Source: the human T2T-CHM13v2.0 reference genome, Homo sapiens | Strand: one strand, 5' to 3' | Length of the DNA: 64,000 nucleotides | Assembly: GCF_009914755.1 (NCBI RefSeq) | Contig: NC_060929.1 | Part shown: positions 25,908-41,024 of the stretch, in pieces | How the letters are laid out: every line of letters begins with the position of its first letter | How positions within the stretch are numbered: the stretch's first letter is position 1 | Notes under the pieces: model-generated | What the model saw: only the letters and a program-made list of their open reading frames with translations | Told to the model about the DNA's origin: nothing | Databases searched by the model: none | Translations under genes and position numbers: made by a program

Positions 25908-26627
25908 TGAAACCACGTTTGCAAAAATTGTAACTGAGACAGTGAAGGAGACCTGAACTAACCAACTCCATCTGCTTCTAACCTTCAAGCTGTCTTTGTC
26001 CATTCCTGGGCACAGGACAAACTAACTTTGGGAGGAACTTAGTTTATGGTTTAGCTTTGAAACGAAGATGATAACAGCCCTTTCCCAAAACAATTCCCCT
26101 TCCTGCCTGGGGACTGGACTGCCTTTGCAGGACTAACAAATTAGTCATAAGATTAGAAATTATGGTTTAGGAGGCATGCAACTGGAGGCTATGAGATTTT
26201 AAACCTCTCCAAATTGCTTCTGGCAATAATATTACTATTGTAAAACCTAAGATCAGTGGTTGAGATATTTTGCAGACCCTGCACTCCATGGATCAGCTGG
26301 CACCACCCAGGTGGATACACTGGCTCATCTGGTCTTGTGGACCTGACTGAGGAACTGACTCAGTGCAAGAGGTCAGCTTCAACTCCCTATGATTTCATCT
26401 CTGGCTTGAACAATCAGAACTCCCGATTCACTGCCCCCCGCCCCCACCACTAAATTATCCTTTAAAACTGTGATCCTCGAACATTTGGGAAGACTGATTT
26501 GAGTAATAATACAACTCCAGTCTCCCACACAGCTGACTCTGCATGAATTACTCTTTCTCTATTGCAATTCCCCTGTCTTGATAAATTGTCTAGGCAGCAG
26601 GCAAAGTAAGCCCGTTGGGTGGTTACA
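25908..26627 (+). mobile_element. LTR8-family (ERV1) solo LTR, about 720 bp
   Basis: Starts tgaaaccacgtttgcaaaaattgtaactgagacagtgaa...actaactttgggaggaacttagtttat and ends cccgttgggtggttaca, matching recalled LTR8 termini. Confidence 0.85.
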
Positions 26628-27389
26628 TTAGGAAGGGGGAGATACTTTTGGTCTTTGTTATGTATATTAAGATGCTGGCTGTAGGTTTTTTCATAGCTTT
26701 CTGGTGTCAGGTTGAGAAAGTTCCCTCTATTCTTAAATTCCTGAGAGTTTTGAGGGTTTTAATTTTAAATCATGAATGCATGTTACATTTTGTCAATTCT
26801 TTTTCTATATTTATTAAGATTCTTGTATCACTCTTCTTTAGTCTGTTAATATGGTGATTTACACTGATTTTTGAATACTGAACTAGCTTTGCGTTGCCAG
26901 GATTAACCTCACTTTGTCATGATGTATTATCATTTTTAATATATTATTGGGTTTGATTTGCTAAAATTGTCTTTTTTTACATCCATGTTCACAAAGATAT
27001 TGTATTGCTCTGTACTTTTCTTTCATTGTAATACATTTTCTGATTTTGGCATTAAGGTAATCTTGGCCTCATAAAGTTCCTAAGTATTCCCTCTACTTCA
27101 ATTTTTTTGGAAAGAATTTATGTAGAGTTGGTATTATTTCTTTCTTAAATGAATTCACCAGTGAATCTAGGTCCTATCTTTAGTAATATCCAAAGTCACA
27201 AAGCCAACTACAACTCATTTGTCAGATATTAAATGTATTAACAGGATAAAAATACATTTGTAATGGAATGTATAAGAAGAAGAGATTAATTCTCACTGGG
27301 GGAGAAACGAAGAGAATATTCAAATCACATTTTGAAATGGCACATATTTCTGTTGTTTGACTTATGGGGCAATGATACAGTGTCAAACA

Positions 27390-27850
27390 CTCTGCTAGGA
27401 GCTGGGAATGCAAAAGTGACCAAGATACAACCCCTATCCTCAAGGGGACCACTGCACCCAGTGCACTGTCAGGGGAAGGAGATATGGTAAAAAGAACACA
27501 CAACCCTGGGGTAGGATGTAGGAGTCTTCAAGGAAGGCTCTCCTGTGGGTATGATACCTGAGCCAATCAGAGATTACAAAGGCGAAGAAGGCAAGGACTA
27601 TTCCACCCATCATTGCAACTCAGCACCTAGGGCTCAGATATTTTTCTGCAGGTGAGCTTTGCCAGACTACTGTGAGGAAGTCAAAATGTGTATCCCAGGC
27701 AGCCAGGACTTCATCGACAGGGACGGTGACACACGTATAAAAATGGGACGCAAACGAAGCTGTCAGGGCGGCTTCCAGTGTGATACAGGGAGTGCAAGAA
27801 GATGAGGCTGAGAGGCAGGCAGGAGATTTATCATGCAACGTCTCATGTGC
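27390..27850 (-). mobile_element. L2 LINE fragment
   Basis: ctaggagctgggaatgcaaaagtgaccaagatac...cctcaagg...caaggaaggctctcctg...gatgaggctgagaggcaggcagg. Confidence 0.65.
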
Positions 27851-27870
27851 CTAGGGCAGGGCAATGAGAG

Positions 27871-28112
27871 CAGAAGTTGCTGATGGCCCATAAGCATGTT
27901 CTGTTTGTGAAATACTTGAATTAATTACCAAAGTTTAAAACTCTGGGACTTCACAAACAAAGTTGGGTTTTTGCCTTCTCTTAAGAACATCTAGCCATAC
28001 AAAATCCATGATCCCTAGAGTTGAAAAGTACCTGTTCCCCTTGGAGCTCTTCTAGTTCTCCAAGGTCTCAACATATTCTGGCCCTGGGGATGCGTTTGAA
28101 TTTCTGAAACTG
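27871..28112 (-). mobile_element. MER102-like relic
   Basis: ttgaattaattaccaaagtttaaaactctgggacttcaca...ccttctcttaag...ggccctggggatgcgtttgaattt is the reverse complement of MER102 features. Confidence 0.55.
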
Positions 28113-28713
28113 CTATTAGATAACATCACTCTGGTGATACTGCCAAGCCTGTAACAGGAAGACTGGTGGCAAAGACAGGGCAGGAGATCCAACAAGTCTA
28201 TATTAAGGCAGTGGAAGTAGGGACTGGAAAGGAAGAGAGGCTACTTGAGAATTTTTTTTAAAGCAGGGATTAAATGGTAATTCGATAAAGGGAAAGGGAG
28301 AGGGAGAAGTCAAAGTTCCTAGCCTAGACCACAGAATGACCGATCTACAAAGAAGGGCAGAAACTGGTAAACTGGTCAGGGCAAGAGGAGCACAAGGGCA
28401 GAGAAAATGATGCCTCATTTGTTCATAGGTTTGTTTCTGTTACCTGGCTAGAGATTTGACATTTAACCAACAAATAAGTACTTCATTTTCAGTACATCTA
28501 GCCCAAAACTGGCACTCCCCACAAACCTTCTGTTCCACGTACTGGCATTTTCTCCCTGCTTGCAGGCCAAGGACTCCTAGACCTTCCCCATGTGAATCAC
28601 AAACTCCTTGCTCTGCTGCTACACCAACCAGCAACACTTCCTGGGACTCACCATTTCAGATCTTTTACAAACAATAACTCAAGGAATGCTCATACCAATT
28701 CTTGGAGGAGTAG

Positions 28714-29034
<321 letters not shown>

Positions 29035-30444
29035 AAGTATTGTTATATAGTTTTTATAGTGAATGCATGCCAACTATTTTTCTTTATTCAAAGTCTGAAT
29101 TGGAGGGGCCTGAAACAAAAACGCCTGTTTTCCTCACAGGAACTGCCCTCGTCCTTAAGCATTTTCTAATGGTGGCATAACCACTGAATCTTTTAACAGC
29201 ACTGTGGGAAGATCAGAAGACTTTAAAGGCTCCCAGACTTGGTCAACTGTATGTTTTCCTCTGTGTAAATTCCAAAAGTATCACCACTAATCCAAACAAC
29301 AGCTCTTCAAGCAGGAGTTAATAGAGGAAAAACCTCAACTGAAAGGTCAGGAAAAGGACTTTCCTGAAGTACAAATAATGGCCATGTGTGGTTGCTACTA
29401 AGTTCAAATCTTTTACAGATGCAACAAGATAAGTCTAAGTTCACACTCCTGTTCGCAAAAACAATCCAACCAGGGAATACGAAAATGACTCCTTAGGAAA
29501 AGATTTGCCACATCATCAATTACATAGGGCAGACAGGCTGAAAATTGAACAGAAGGTGGTATGTGGACCATGATCTGAGAGGTACCCAGACAGGATATAA
29601 GAAATGTAGGAGTGGTGACCCTGTTCCTAGTTGATCTTATACTCGGTTAAAAATAAAAAGAAGCTGAAGAATGAGGCCACATCCAGAAGAGCCAAGCGAC
29701 TGACATGTCTGTGTAATACTTTATTTATCATCCAAAGCCTTATATACATTGCTTTACTTGGTGACAACCTCTGAGCTGAGCACTTCCAGATTCTTACATA
29801 GAGTCAAAGATGTCAACATCATAACACTAGTTCCGATCTGACTTCACGTATGACACTTATGTGTTTTCCTGTATATTCTGTTGAACTAATTTTATTGACG
29901 AATTTTCTTCTAAAATTACCCTCAACGTATTCTGACAGCCACCAACTTAAAGATCTCAGTTCCAATCCACCCAGGCAGTCATCACTTGAATTCTGCCACC
30001 ATTTAGAATTGCTCTACCTCTAAGAGCTCAGTGTCAAGATTCTCTTCTTCAACAAAAACTTCTCAACCACCCTTCCACTTTCCCCACCTCACTCTTACTA
30101 AACTTTCTCTGGGCCTCCCGAGTTACCTTCTGGAATTTACTGAAAGCTGGTGACACTGATGACATTCTCCTAGTCACTCCCTCTGAATACTCACACCCTC
30201 ATACAGCCTGAACTTAAAGAGTACTTCATGAATATATGCTCCATGGAGTCCTTCACCTCCTTGATCTTCTAACACAATTACAGTAAGAGGATAAGAATCA
30301 CTACCCAGGAAACCTATACCAGGCACCTCCTCTGTTCCTGGTTCACTGACATGTGCTGTATAGTCACAAACACAGGCTCACAGGCATCCCAGGAAGCAGT
30401 GAGAACAATGGAATGTCAGAACCAGAAAGGATATTAGGTGATTA

Positions 30445-30906
<462 letters not shown>

Positions 30907-32810
30907 CTATTCCATGGAATGGAACTGAGGGGCCAGGATGGGACCAAAAACAATGACTCACAAGGGATGAATGTAACTGGAAAGGCAGGAGCCATGATGG
31001 AGAAAAATGAGATGTGCTCAGATTTTAGTTTGCAGTCAACAGGAAATCAATGAACATATCTGCACAGGAGTGCAACAAGGTGAAAAGATTCCTGGAGAAG
31101 TGTTGTGGCACCCACGCAAAGAACAAAATCAGGCTTTCAAATGACAGCTTTTATTTTCAAATTAAATTATGTGTGTGTTTAAATGCCACAACATCTGGAA
31201 GTAACTAACAATTTAGTTTGAGGGGCTAGGGTCATTAACTACCATTTTAGAAGAAAACATGTTACAATTTAAATGATTTCCATATGCTTTTCAGGAGCTT
31301 AAATTAAGCTAATTGAACACTTTCATAAACCAATAAGGAACAACATCCCTTAAAAATGTTGAAAGTATTTATCTCTAGGATACAAAATTATGGGTAATTT
31401 TAGTGTTTAAAATTCTAACTTTACAATGTTTTATCTGTGGTATTATTTATCACTGGGTGAAGAGGCCTTATAAGATAGTCTTGACTCAGGCCTGAGTTCA
31501 AACTCTGTTTCTGCTATTAACCAGTTGAATGATTTCAACTTGGTTATTTTAATTACCTTAACAGTTTTGACATCTGAAAATAGGGATAACTATACCTGAC
31601 TTGTATATTACTGTGAACAATTAAGAATGTATATTTTGTTATTTGCTAAGGATAAGGCAATGCAGTTATGACAGGGATATTTAACAGTAGCAGAGACACC
31701 CAGGCTCAGTTTTTCTTTTACTTTTTCGATGTGATATGACAACTTATTTCTAAAAGGGACTAATTAAGTGACTTTGTTTAGCATTAGAGCATTACAAAGC
31801 CTTAAATGGTTAACAAAAATTGCCCATAATATTTCTCTAGACACATTTGAGACTCTTGAAGTTATCTCTACCTATTATCCTGTTTCTAGAGCAACTTCTA
31901 TCAATGGTATCCCAACACCATCTTCAAAGAATACGTTTCACAGTATCTTCATTGCACCAGAAAATATAAGTCTGTTCAAGTCTGCCAAATAATCTGGTGT
32001 TAGGCACTATAAGAAGTATATAGCCATACCTTAGATAACTCAAACACCCATTTTCCACATATTTCATTCCTGAAGTAGACCATAATTTATAGTAACTCGA
32101 ATTATTTACATGGTGCCTTCCAGCTAGAGAACATGGTTCTCAAATTTGAATTCAGCTCCTATCCTATAGCTGTGGTGCTTATTCATTCATGTAACTAATA
32201 TTTGTACTTTAATGATTTATAGAATAATATCCCTTCCATTTTAAAAAATCTTTAAAGAAAATCATATGTTTCTATAGACAGTAGAACATAAGCATGTCTA
32301 GAACAAACAATATGGGGATGGCTTATAAATTTTTCATAAGCAAGATCCAAATCTTAAAACTACTGTATAACTATAATACTATAAAGTAGGAGATGGACGC
32401 CAAACACATTCCATTCCTATAATAAAAGTAAAAAGTAGTCTCTTTTCCCCTACAAGATCTATCATTTTCCATTATTCCGCATTTTTTAGACCTGCCATGG
32501 AAATCCTACAGTAAAGACAATCTGTAAAGGAAGACTGCTCATCAGCTGTCAGTCTGATCTTTCATTCTTGGACCAATGCATCCTTCTAGTTAACAGCTGG
32601 TCTAATTTAGTCAAACCCAGGTATTACATAGCAACAGATGATGCTACTGTCAACGAAATCACAAGGTATATGCTTTAGCCCCAATGAGCCTGGGCTCAAT
32701 TAAACTTAATAGATCAGAGAATTTGCCTACTTAAGTAGGTGTTGAATGAACAAATTTGCTTCTAAGACCACAGGAGAAAACCCTTAAACATTCTGAATAG
32801 GTACAGGGCC

Positions 32811-32950
32811 TGCTATGGCTTGAAAATGGTTTGTTCCCACCAAAATTCGTGTTGAGGCATGGTTTCTAATGTAATGGTGTTGAGTGGTGGTGGGAACTTT
32901 AAGAGGTGTTTGGGTCCTGAGGGACCCATGCTGTCTCGTGAGAATGAGTT
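32811..32950 (+). mobile_element. MST-family LTR 5' fragment
   Basis: tgctatggcttgaaaatggtttgttcccaccaaaattcgtgttga...ctttaagaggtgtttgggtc. Confidence 0.75.
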
Positions 32951-32953
32951 CTT

Positions 32954-32986
32954 ACACACACACACCTACCATACACACACACACAC
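32954..32986. repeat. Imperfect (CA)n microsatellite
   Basis: acacacacacacctaccatacacacacacacac. Confidence 0.85.
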
Positions 32987-33069
32987 CACCCCCCGAATGG
33001 TGCTGGAGGATTCAGGCAGTGGAGGGAGTGGTAAGAAGGGTATTGCCAGACTTACAGAAAGCTCCAAAC

Positions 33070-33885
33070 GGCCTCAATGTTAAGGTGACATTTGAGTAGA
33101 CCTATAGGAAGTGAGCAACAAGCCTGGGGAAAGTGTGGCTCTGAGAAGTTGTTGTTGAAATGCTAGAGGAACAGCAAGGTGACCAATGTATCTGGGGCAG
33201 CAAAAACAAGAAGGAAGGTGGAGGTGGTGGTAGGGGTAGGGTATAGATCATACAGGGCCCACTTTCAGGACTTAAGAGGCTTTTATACTGAGTGCAAGAG
33301 AAAAGGGGTTTTGAGCAGAGGAATAACATGAATTGACTTATATTTTAAAAGAATCACTCAGCTGCTGTGGTGAGAACAGACTGTAGAGGGTAAGGATGGA
33401 TGCAGAGACCAGTTACAAAAACAAGAAACACGGAGCAAATAAGCCATCAAAAACAGGTGACACACACGCTCATAGCTTAGCTGTGGGTTTGGTGACAGAT
33501 TACTGTGGGGTATGAAGAAGAAGAATCAAGAAACACGTCAATGTTTTTGGCCGGAAAAATGGAAGGATTGGGTTGCCATTTACATATATGGGAAAGAATG
33601 TGGAGTCCAGAGTTTGATTTTATCATGTTTAGTTTTAAATACCTATTAAACACTGAAGAAAAGATGAAGAGGCAGCTGAATATGAGTCTGGAATTATGGC
33701 CTGGGCTGGCAGTATGGACTTAGAGGTCAGTGTTTGGATGGTTTTTTACAGCCCTGGCACTGGGTGAGAAGAGGTGGAAGGACAGGGCTTTAGGACATCC
33801 CAACATGGCGGATGGGGAGGGGCTGAAGAATCGGCAGAGACGAAGAAGGGATAGCCAGTGATGTGAGAAAACAGCCAAGAGACAG
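33070..33885 (-). mobile_element. L2 LINE fragment
   Basis: ggtgacatttgagtagacct, ggaacagcaagg, ttttgagcagaggaataacatg, ttttaaaagaatcactcagctgctgtg, ttgccattta, ggcagctgaatatgagtctgga. Confidence 0.85.
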
Positions 33886-34263
33886 CTGTGTTCTGGCCAC
33901 ACTGTTACACCTGAACTAAATGCCTATTTAAAATGTTCAGAATCTGAAAAAATACTGCTGTTTCTTTAAAGAAGTATAAGGTTAAATATCCTGTAAGTAA
34001 ATACTTAATGATAACTAATAGCAACCAGAAACTGCAATCAGATGTTTTTCCAAACACCTAGTACTGTGAAATATCAGTGATTTCAATTAACACGCAAATG
34101 GAGGAGGTTAGCTTAAAAAGAAAAGATGAAAAGTTTTCAGGTCAGCAAAAGTGATCCTCCTGAGGATTACTGGCCCAAACTTTTCTAATGCCCTCTGCAT
34201 GGGTTTAGGATACAATCACTCCGGCAAGTGTTTTTAGTGATCTAGAGAACTATTTTGCAATTA

Positions 34264-34618
34264 CAGTCATGTGCTGCATAACAACATTTTAGTCAAAGAC
34301 AGGCCACATATACAACGGTGGTCCTGTAAGATTGTAATACCACATTTTTACTATACCTTTTCTATGTTTAGATATGCTTAGATACGCAAATACTTACCAC
34401 TGTGCTACTATTGGCTACAGTACTCAGTACTCAGTACAGTAACATGCTGTACAGGTCTGTAGCATAGGAGCAACAGGCTACACCATATGGCCTAGATGTG
34501 TAGTAAGTAGACTGTGCCGTCTAAATTTGTGTAAGGACACTATGAAGTTTGAACAACTGATCCCCTAACAACACATTTCTCAAAATGTATCCCAGTTGTT
34601 AAGGGAAGCATCACTACC
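34264..34618 (+). mobile_element. Tigger3a (MER7A) TcMar-Tigger MITE
   Basis: TA then cagtcatgtgctgcataacaacatttt...ggtggtcctgtaagatt...acatgctgtacagg...catttctcaaaatgtatcccagttgttaag. Confidence 0.85.
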
Positions 34619-37449
34619 ATATATGCCGCATTTCTGCTCCACTACAATCTTCTCTCTAGCTAATGTGTAGTCAAAGGATGGAAGCAAATTGAAATCTTCA
34701 TATGATTCTCAGTCCCCAGTCAAGAAGATGTTAAATAGTGGATTCTAAAAATGGCCATTGTAGAGTTAAATTGCCTAATCCTTTTTCCTACAAAATTAGG
34801 GCAGCAGTAAGTTTTGTTTTTTTGTTTTGGTTTTTTACTTTTACTGTTACTGGATGTTAACAGTTGCTTTCATCATTTAAAAATATCTTCATTAAGAATT
34901 CAATTTGAAGACTCTCTTAAGACAGCTAACACATCAATGTCCTTGAAATATGACTTTTAGGTCATACAATTTTAGATAACAGAGGGAGAGGGAGAACTTA
35001 TATCTCATACATAAACAACACAGAACATCAATGTGTTTTCAGAAACTAATCAATGTGATATCACAAATGTTAATAAGAGGGCCCTAATCAAATTCTTATA
35101 TGCAACATTGCCCATCTTATCATTCCTTCTAGCATAATGAGCTGAAAGCTATAATACCTTGACATTTCTTCCTTTAACAGAGAGAATTTTTCACACTGAC
35201 TTTTCAATTCAGCAAAGCTATACTGATCCAACAAGAATTAAGGATCTAGTCCATCTAAAGCAGTAAAAATATATTAACATAGTCTAATTTGGAAAAAGGT
35301 TTACTCTTCCTATATTTGGAGGATACAAGTTAATGTACTATTTTGCAGATATAAATATGTGGTGCAATGAGGAAAGAATCCCAGTGTCCATTTTCACCTC
35401 AGTTATGTGAACCTAGCTACATGACTACCTTCACATATTGTGATTTCTCTAAAATGAAAACTACCATTCCATTGACTTTCTCTTCAATCAGTTGAGCTGT
35501 ATTACTACAGAGGATTGCAAAACAGACCATTATCTCAATTCTTATTATCATGCTCCTACGTGCTCCCCATACCTTAAAGGAATTTTCTGATTCTAAAGAG
35601 ATGAGCCCGACAAACACTCCCCCAGCTACAGGAATTTCTTGGATTGTAGAACTGATATACTGCAGTCAAAAATTTTAAAGACTTCATTCTGAAAAGCAAA
35701 TCCTCTTCTCCAAAACTCTAATTCCAGAAACGTTTCCTAAGGGGGAAAAAAAATCTCAAGAGCTTGACCTTAAATCACTGGTGAGAAATGCAGAGTAAGC
35801 CTTTTTTGTTTTGTTTTTTACTGAGGATTGAGGTACTAAAACATTTCCCTATTTCAGTGCTTCTCACTCCCTGCGAGTCTCTCCCTTTTACCATAAGAAG
35901 AGAGTTTCCCAGTTTTAGAAATTTCTTAATGTCACACTTCCAACTCTTTAATTTAGGAGTTCAGTTTGTATTACATTCTCACACATCACCAGTAAATATG
36001 CTTCCATCTAAAATCTGTCTTAGGACACAAATCCTTACAAAGTGGTGTCCTTTTGTTTCAGTTTTGTAAATTAGATATTCTTACCAAGTTACAATGAAAG
36101 AGACCTGCTATTTAGCCAGATCACAACTCAGAATATTCATATGACCACAGGACATGGGTGATGTTTCACCCATTAGTCATGGCTGTCTCCCATGTTCACT
36201 TTGTTCCTACAGCCAAATATGTTAATGAGCTTTCTCATTAATCCTCTTTCCCCCATATCATCTCTAAAATGGAATTTCCTCCTAGGAAGAAAATGTCAAC
36301 AAATTTTCTTGACAGCTATGAAAGTTACAAGTCATGTCTCTAAGATAGTCGTGATTACCAATTTGCCAATGTGTCTGAAAGAAATAGCAAAAATATGTAT
36401 TGAACTTTGAGACAAATATCATGGTTTTGCTGATATCCAGTGGGTTTTTGCAAGCTGTCATATTTATTATAAGGCTATTTCACATAGTCAGTGTTGCCAA
36501 TGAACATCCAAATCATTGTCTACCTTAGTAGACTTCAACTCTATTAATCCCCAGTAATCTCTAGTTTTTACTATATATCTGACAACTTACTGACACTAAG
36601 TTGTACAGGACCTATATAATTTTGAATCTAAACAACCTCCTGGTTTTATAATGTAGACTCAAACTATGAAATACAATTGCCTAAATAGTTTATCACCACC
36701 TCAAGCACAAAGATACTATGTTATTTGTTAACTAGCTTTCACCTTAAAGCAAACTCTAAAATAAAAGCAAAAATAAAATGTATCACTTTTAACATTGAAT
36801 TTTCTAAACTCCAGGGGAAAAAAGAACAAGCATGAAAGTCACATCCATCCACAGTGAAGTAGGAAAACAACATATCCAGAATCCTTTTCAGATTTGCATT
36901 TCTGCTTAATCCATTTAATGTAGTATGGTTGTATTCTATCTTCCAATGCTGGGATACTGGGTCTCAGTGGATTTCAGTGGGTGAATGAGGAGTCCAGTTA
37001 CATAATTTTGGAATCAATCTTCCAGAATTGGATGCCTGAACACTAGCACATAATAGCAACAGGCCATGTGAGTCAACATGTCCACACCCTTGCCCAAGTC
37101 TATCAGCTTTCAGGCATCTCCAAACACTCCCTTTGCCTTCCTATTCTGAATTCGCACGCCCAAAAAAGCTGAGATCAGAGACTCTGTCAGTTTACTTGGT
37201 AGTTTTTTCACATTAACTTTCAGATTCAGATTAATGCATAATTATACACACATCAATGTACCAACACTTCAAAAAACCTTTAATGGAAAGTACTTTGAAA
37301 ATTTATTAAAGCAAGAAAGGACCCATTTGAACACAAGAATACAGAATTGCAAATTAAGTATAATTAATATAATATTTATATGAGGCAGAACTTTCATACG
37401 GATCTTTAGAAAAACCCAGACTCTTCACCATGTGCAGAGTGCTTTAAGG

Positions 37450-37745
37450 AGGCTTGGAGCCAGATGGTCTGGGCTTAAAGCCAGGCTCTACCAGTTACTA
37501 TGTGACCTGGGGCAGGTTCCTTAAATTCTGTCTTCTCAACTATAAAATGGAGATGATTTAAAGTATCTACCCAGGAGCAGAACCAGGATTGGAGAAGTCT
37601 GAAGCGTATGGAGCAGGCAGTTATTTTCAAAGACTTATAATCTTTTATAAGTCTTGTTACAGGGCTAAATGAAATACCTGTAAAGCACTTAGCAAAGCAG
37701 CCAGCAGGCAGGCAGTGCTCTATAAACCTGACTATCACTAATATT
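37450..37745 (+). mobile_element. MIR SINE containing an about 80-bp non-MIR insert
   Basis: ttggagccagat...tgtgacctggggcagg...tataaaatggagat...atctacc [insert] gttacagggctaaatga...tgtaaagcacttagca. Confidence 0.75.
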
Positions 37746-40700
37746 AGTGAAGAGAGGAAATGAGTGTTATAGGCCCATCCACTTTATCTGAGGCTATCAG
37801 AGGAGAGGAAACAAGCTTCTTTGAAACAAACTGTTTTGGAACCAAATGGAATATTTATTTACATGGCAAGTTATATCGGCAAATGTATGTAACACCTACC
37901 ATGAACTGCAAAAGCTGAAAATACCCATATTAAGGGCGGAAAGTTGCCAAAAGGTTTGATGTTTTCCTATAATTATCTTAGATAACTAAATGTGCATCTC
38001 AAATGTCTACCCCAAATGCCTCTCAATGTCTCAGACTAGAATGCATGAATTTAAGAAAAGGTGACCAAGGTATTCATACTACCTGCTCCAAACACAAATA
38101 TGAATGCAATGAAGTTTCCTTAAAACTTGACAGATTCTCTGAAACCCTGGGTATCTTAAGCCCTCATTCCAAGGAACAATCTAATGATTGAGAAAAGGAA
38201 TAAAATGGCTATTTCTTTGTGATTTATAGTTTTGGGGTGATACTAACTGGCACATATGTGACTTCTCTCTCCTCTCTCTCACTGTCCCTTTGTCTCCCTC
38301 CACCCCAACTCCAGCCAGATGGCAACAGCATGTCAGAAACATTTAGTATTAAATCAACATTTCCTTGAGAATTAGATTCAAATCCATCCTGAGTCACCTA
38401 AGATATATTTGGCTGCCCCAAATCCCTAGATTACAAATAACATTTAATCCTAACAACTATGAAATTTTGTCAGTCTAACAGATGGTCTAGGATGACTCTG
38501 TCAGAAGCAACTCTGTTCATCTGATCATTCTCTGCTCTTAAATGGAAAAGAACTCATAGGATGGGGAGACAATGGAGGAAAAAGAACAGGGAGATACAGT
38601 GTATATGCAAAAGAGTAAGTCCTACCACTCTCTACCGCAAACAGTGGAAGGGAATGTTCTGAGCCACTTGTCATTAACACAGAGTTTAAACTTAAAGCTC
38701 TATTCTGACTAGCAAATAAAAGAATCACAGGTGCTCAATATTTGTTGACTAACTAAATTTGGTGGTGCTTATTTTCATGAACTGATAGTTTGTGAAAATG
38801 AAATGGCCTAATCATTACTTTGATGATAAAAGACATTAAAATATATCAAGAAACCTATTTATTATATAATACACCATCATGATACTGAAAATTACCTTTA
38901 AATGCTCCATGGTCACTTTCAATATTTAGCATATATGAGATGGATTCTTCACATTACTATAAGTCTTAAATCTTATATAAAAATATATAAATTTTAATAA
39001 AATCAAGGGTCATGATCCTAGCAAGCCAAGGAAAGCTCTGAGAGCAACACTTCAATAAGAAAATGCAATCAGCCTTACCACATTCTTCCTTTGTGGAGTG
39101 TGACTAGAAGTGGCAACTCTGCATCAGATCACAGTAGAGGAGCACACTGCAGCATCTTCCTATGCTTCAGCATGCCAGGGAAGCCCCCCTAGACGGGCTT
39201 TTTACTAAACCCAAATCCCTCAAAAGAGGTCTCTATCTCTACCCATAGTTTCCAATTTCCCTTTAAAAATACAGAAAAACAGAGAATATCTGTTGAGTGC
39301 AGATATTATATATAGAAAACAACTAGAGTTAAAACAGGACTCTTCTTCCTGCCCATTTCCTCAAGGAAACTCAGTGCTCCACCCAGCCTTGTGCATAATA
39401 CTATACTTCTTCACAGGCCCCAGATATGCAGATGACAAATAGAACACAAGCTACTAAAAGCAGTGGCAGGTTCCTTGTTAAATTATGAACTCTTGGGTTC
39501 TAGCAATTCAGTCCAAAGGTAGATGAAAGAGACAAAAATATCTTATGAAAGGAGATAAAACCAAGGCTTGATCCAATTAGGATTCTTGAGTTCGCTGCCA
39601 GAAATTCAGGTGGTAACCTCAGTCTTCTGGCAAACTTCCAAGAGCATGCGATTACCAGTGATGCTCCTAAAATGTTCCTTGTAAGTTCTGCTTTTCCTAG
39701 GCTGTGCCCAGCAGATTTTCTGGAATTGTTTGAGTGAGCTGATTCTGTTCCTAAAGCTGCCCGAGGTGAAAGGTGCCATATAAAACTTTAAACTGCTCCA
39801 CAATAAAAATGGGCTTTTTAAAAAATCAATTGAGAGAACACCACAAAACTCTCCTCATCCTTTTTCACTTCATATTCTGGGTTCTTCAAAAGTCTGACTT
39901 CAATGCACTTGAGAAATGAATCAAAGAGGAATTTTTCTCTAAATAAAAACACTAGCCTCTTTGTTAACTTAGATTCCAATTATCAAACACACATACATTC
40001 CATATTACTTCCCCAAAGGAATCTCCAAATAATTTTTATATCTGATTAGACTATGTTAGTGCATTAGTTTCTTCATTCCACTAAACAAGAGAGAGGTAAA
40101 TAATCCTCAGAGGAAAACATCAATTTAAGTGGAATTTAGCACTTGGGAATGAAAAAGATCCAACTCTATCATGCATACAGGAACTGAGTGGGGAAACACA
40201 AATAAAATGGTGAATGTGGATTTAACAATCCTGCCATTTGAGGGCACAGTGCTTCGCAACTCTCTCCTGGCCCATGTCCCTTTATGATAAAACTACACAA
40301 GGAGATTCAGTACTTGGAAAGTATTCCTTCACTTAAGGTGTAAAGAAGATTTCTGGACTGGGCACCATTTCTCCTGCAGAGAAACCATTTCGGTTAAGAG
40401 ATTTTCCCACTTTACATTCCTCCAGGAAACAAATCATTTTGAGGGGGTATTCTTTCATTTCAATGTTATGCCCAGTTCTGCAGCTTCAACTCTGCAGAAC
40501 ACAAAGAACTGGAGTCTGAACATATATCTATTCTGCCTCCTTGACCTGATTTTGGTAGCCGTTAAAATTCGGTCAGAGTCTGCTAAAGTTTTAGAGAGTT
40601 CAGAAGATTGAGGCAGCTTTGGTGATGTTCCCGCTACCATTTCCTTGGTCTTCTAACCTAGGTAGGTCGGATTTCCTCATGTTCAGGTTGGGCCCCTTGG

Positions 40701-40830
40701 GTGCCTTTGAAGAGTAAATTCTATGACAGGTAAAAATGCTGGCTGCAAGATCCTCTTTTAAAGGCTCTCTGATCTGCAGAATGAGTCACACTCCCATGAC
40801 AATATGAGATGGCAGCTGAGAGAGGTGAGG

Positions 40831-40936
40831 TATGCTTGAGCCTAGGTTTGAAATAATATTGCTGCATTTGCAGCATAAACCAATATGCCTGAGCCTAGGT
40901 TTGAAATAATATTGCTGCATTTGCTGCATAAACCAA
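40831..40936. repeat. 53-bp tandem duplication (2 copies, 2 mismatches)
   Basis: tatgcYtgagcctaggtttgaaataatattgctgcatttgcWgcataaaccaa at 40831-40883 and 40884-40936. Confidence 0.97.
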
Positions 40937-41024
40937 GAAGGACACCAATAATCTGGAATGCAAATTTCAATAAATTCTAGAAATGCTGGTGGCAGAAAAG
41001 CTTTCCGGGACCAGAGAAAGGCAG

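Noticed and set aside
39655-39760. Possible minus-strand exon (ctttag|GAACAG...CACTG|gtaatc)
   Set aside because: Weak donor and unrecognised peptide.
40831-40936. Direct repeats as a CRISPR-like array
   Set aside because: Eukaryotic DNA; two abutting copies with no spacers and no cas genes. The same applies to 19640-19697 and 21254-21304.
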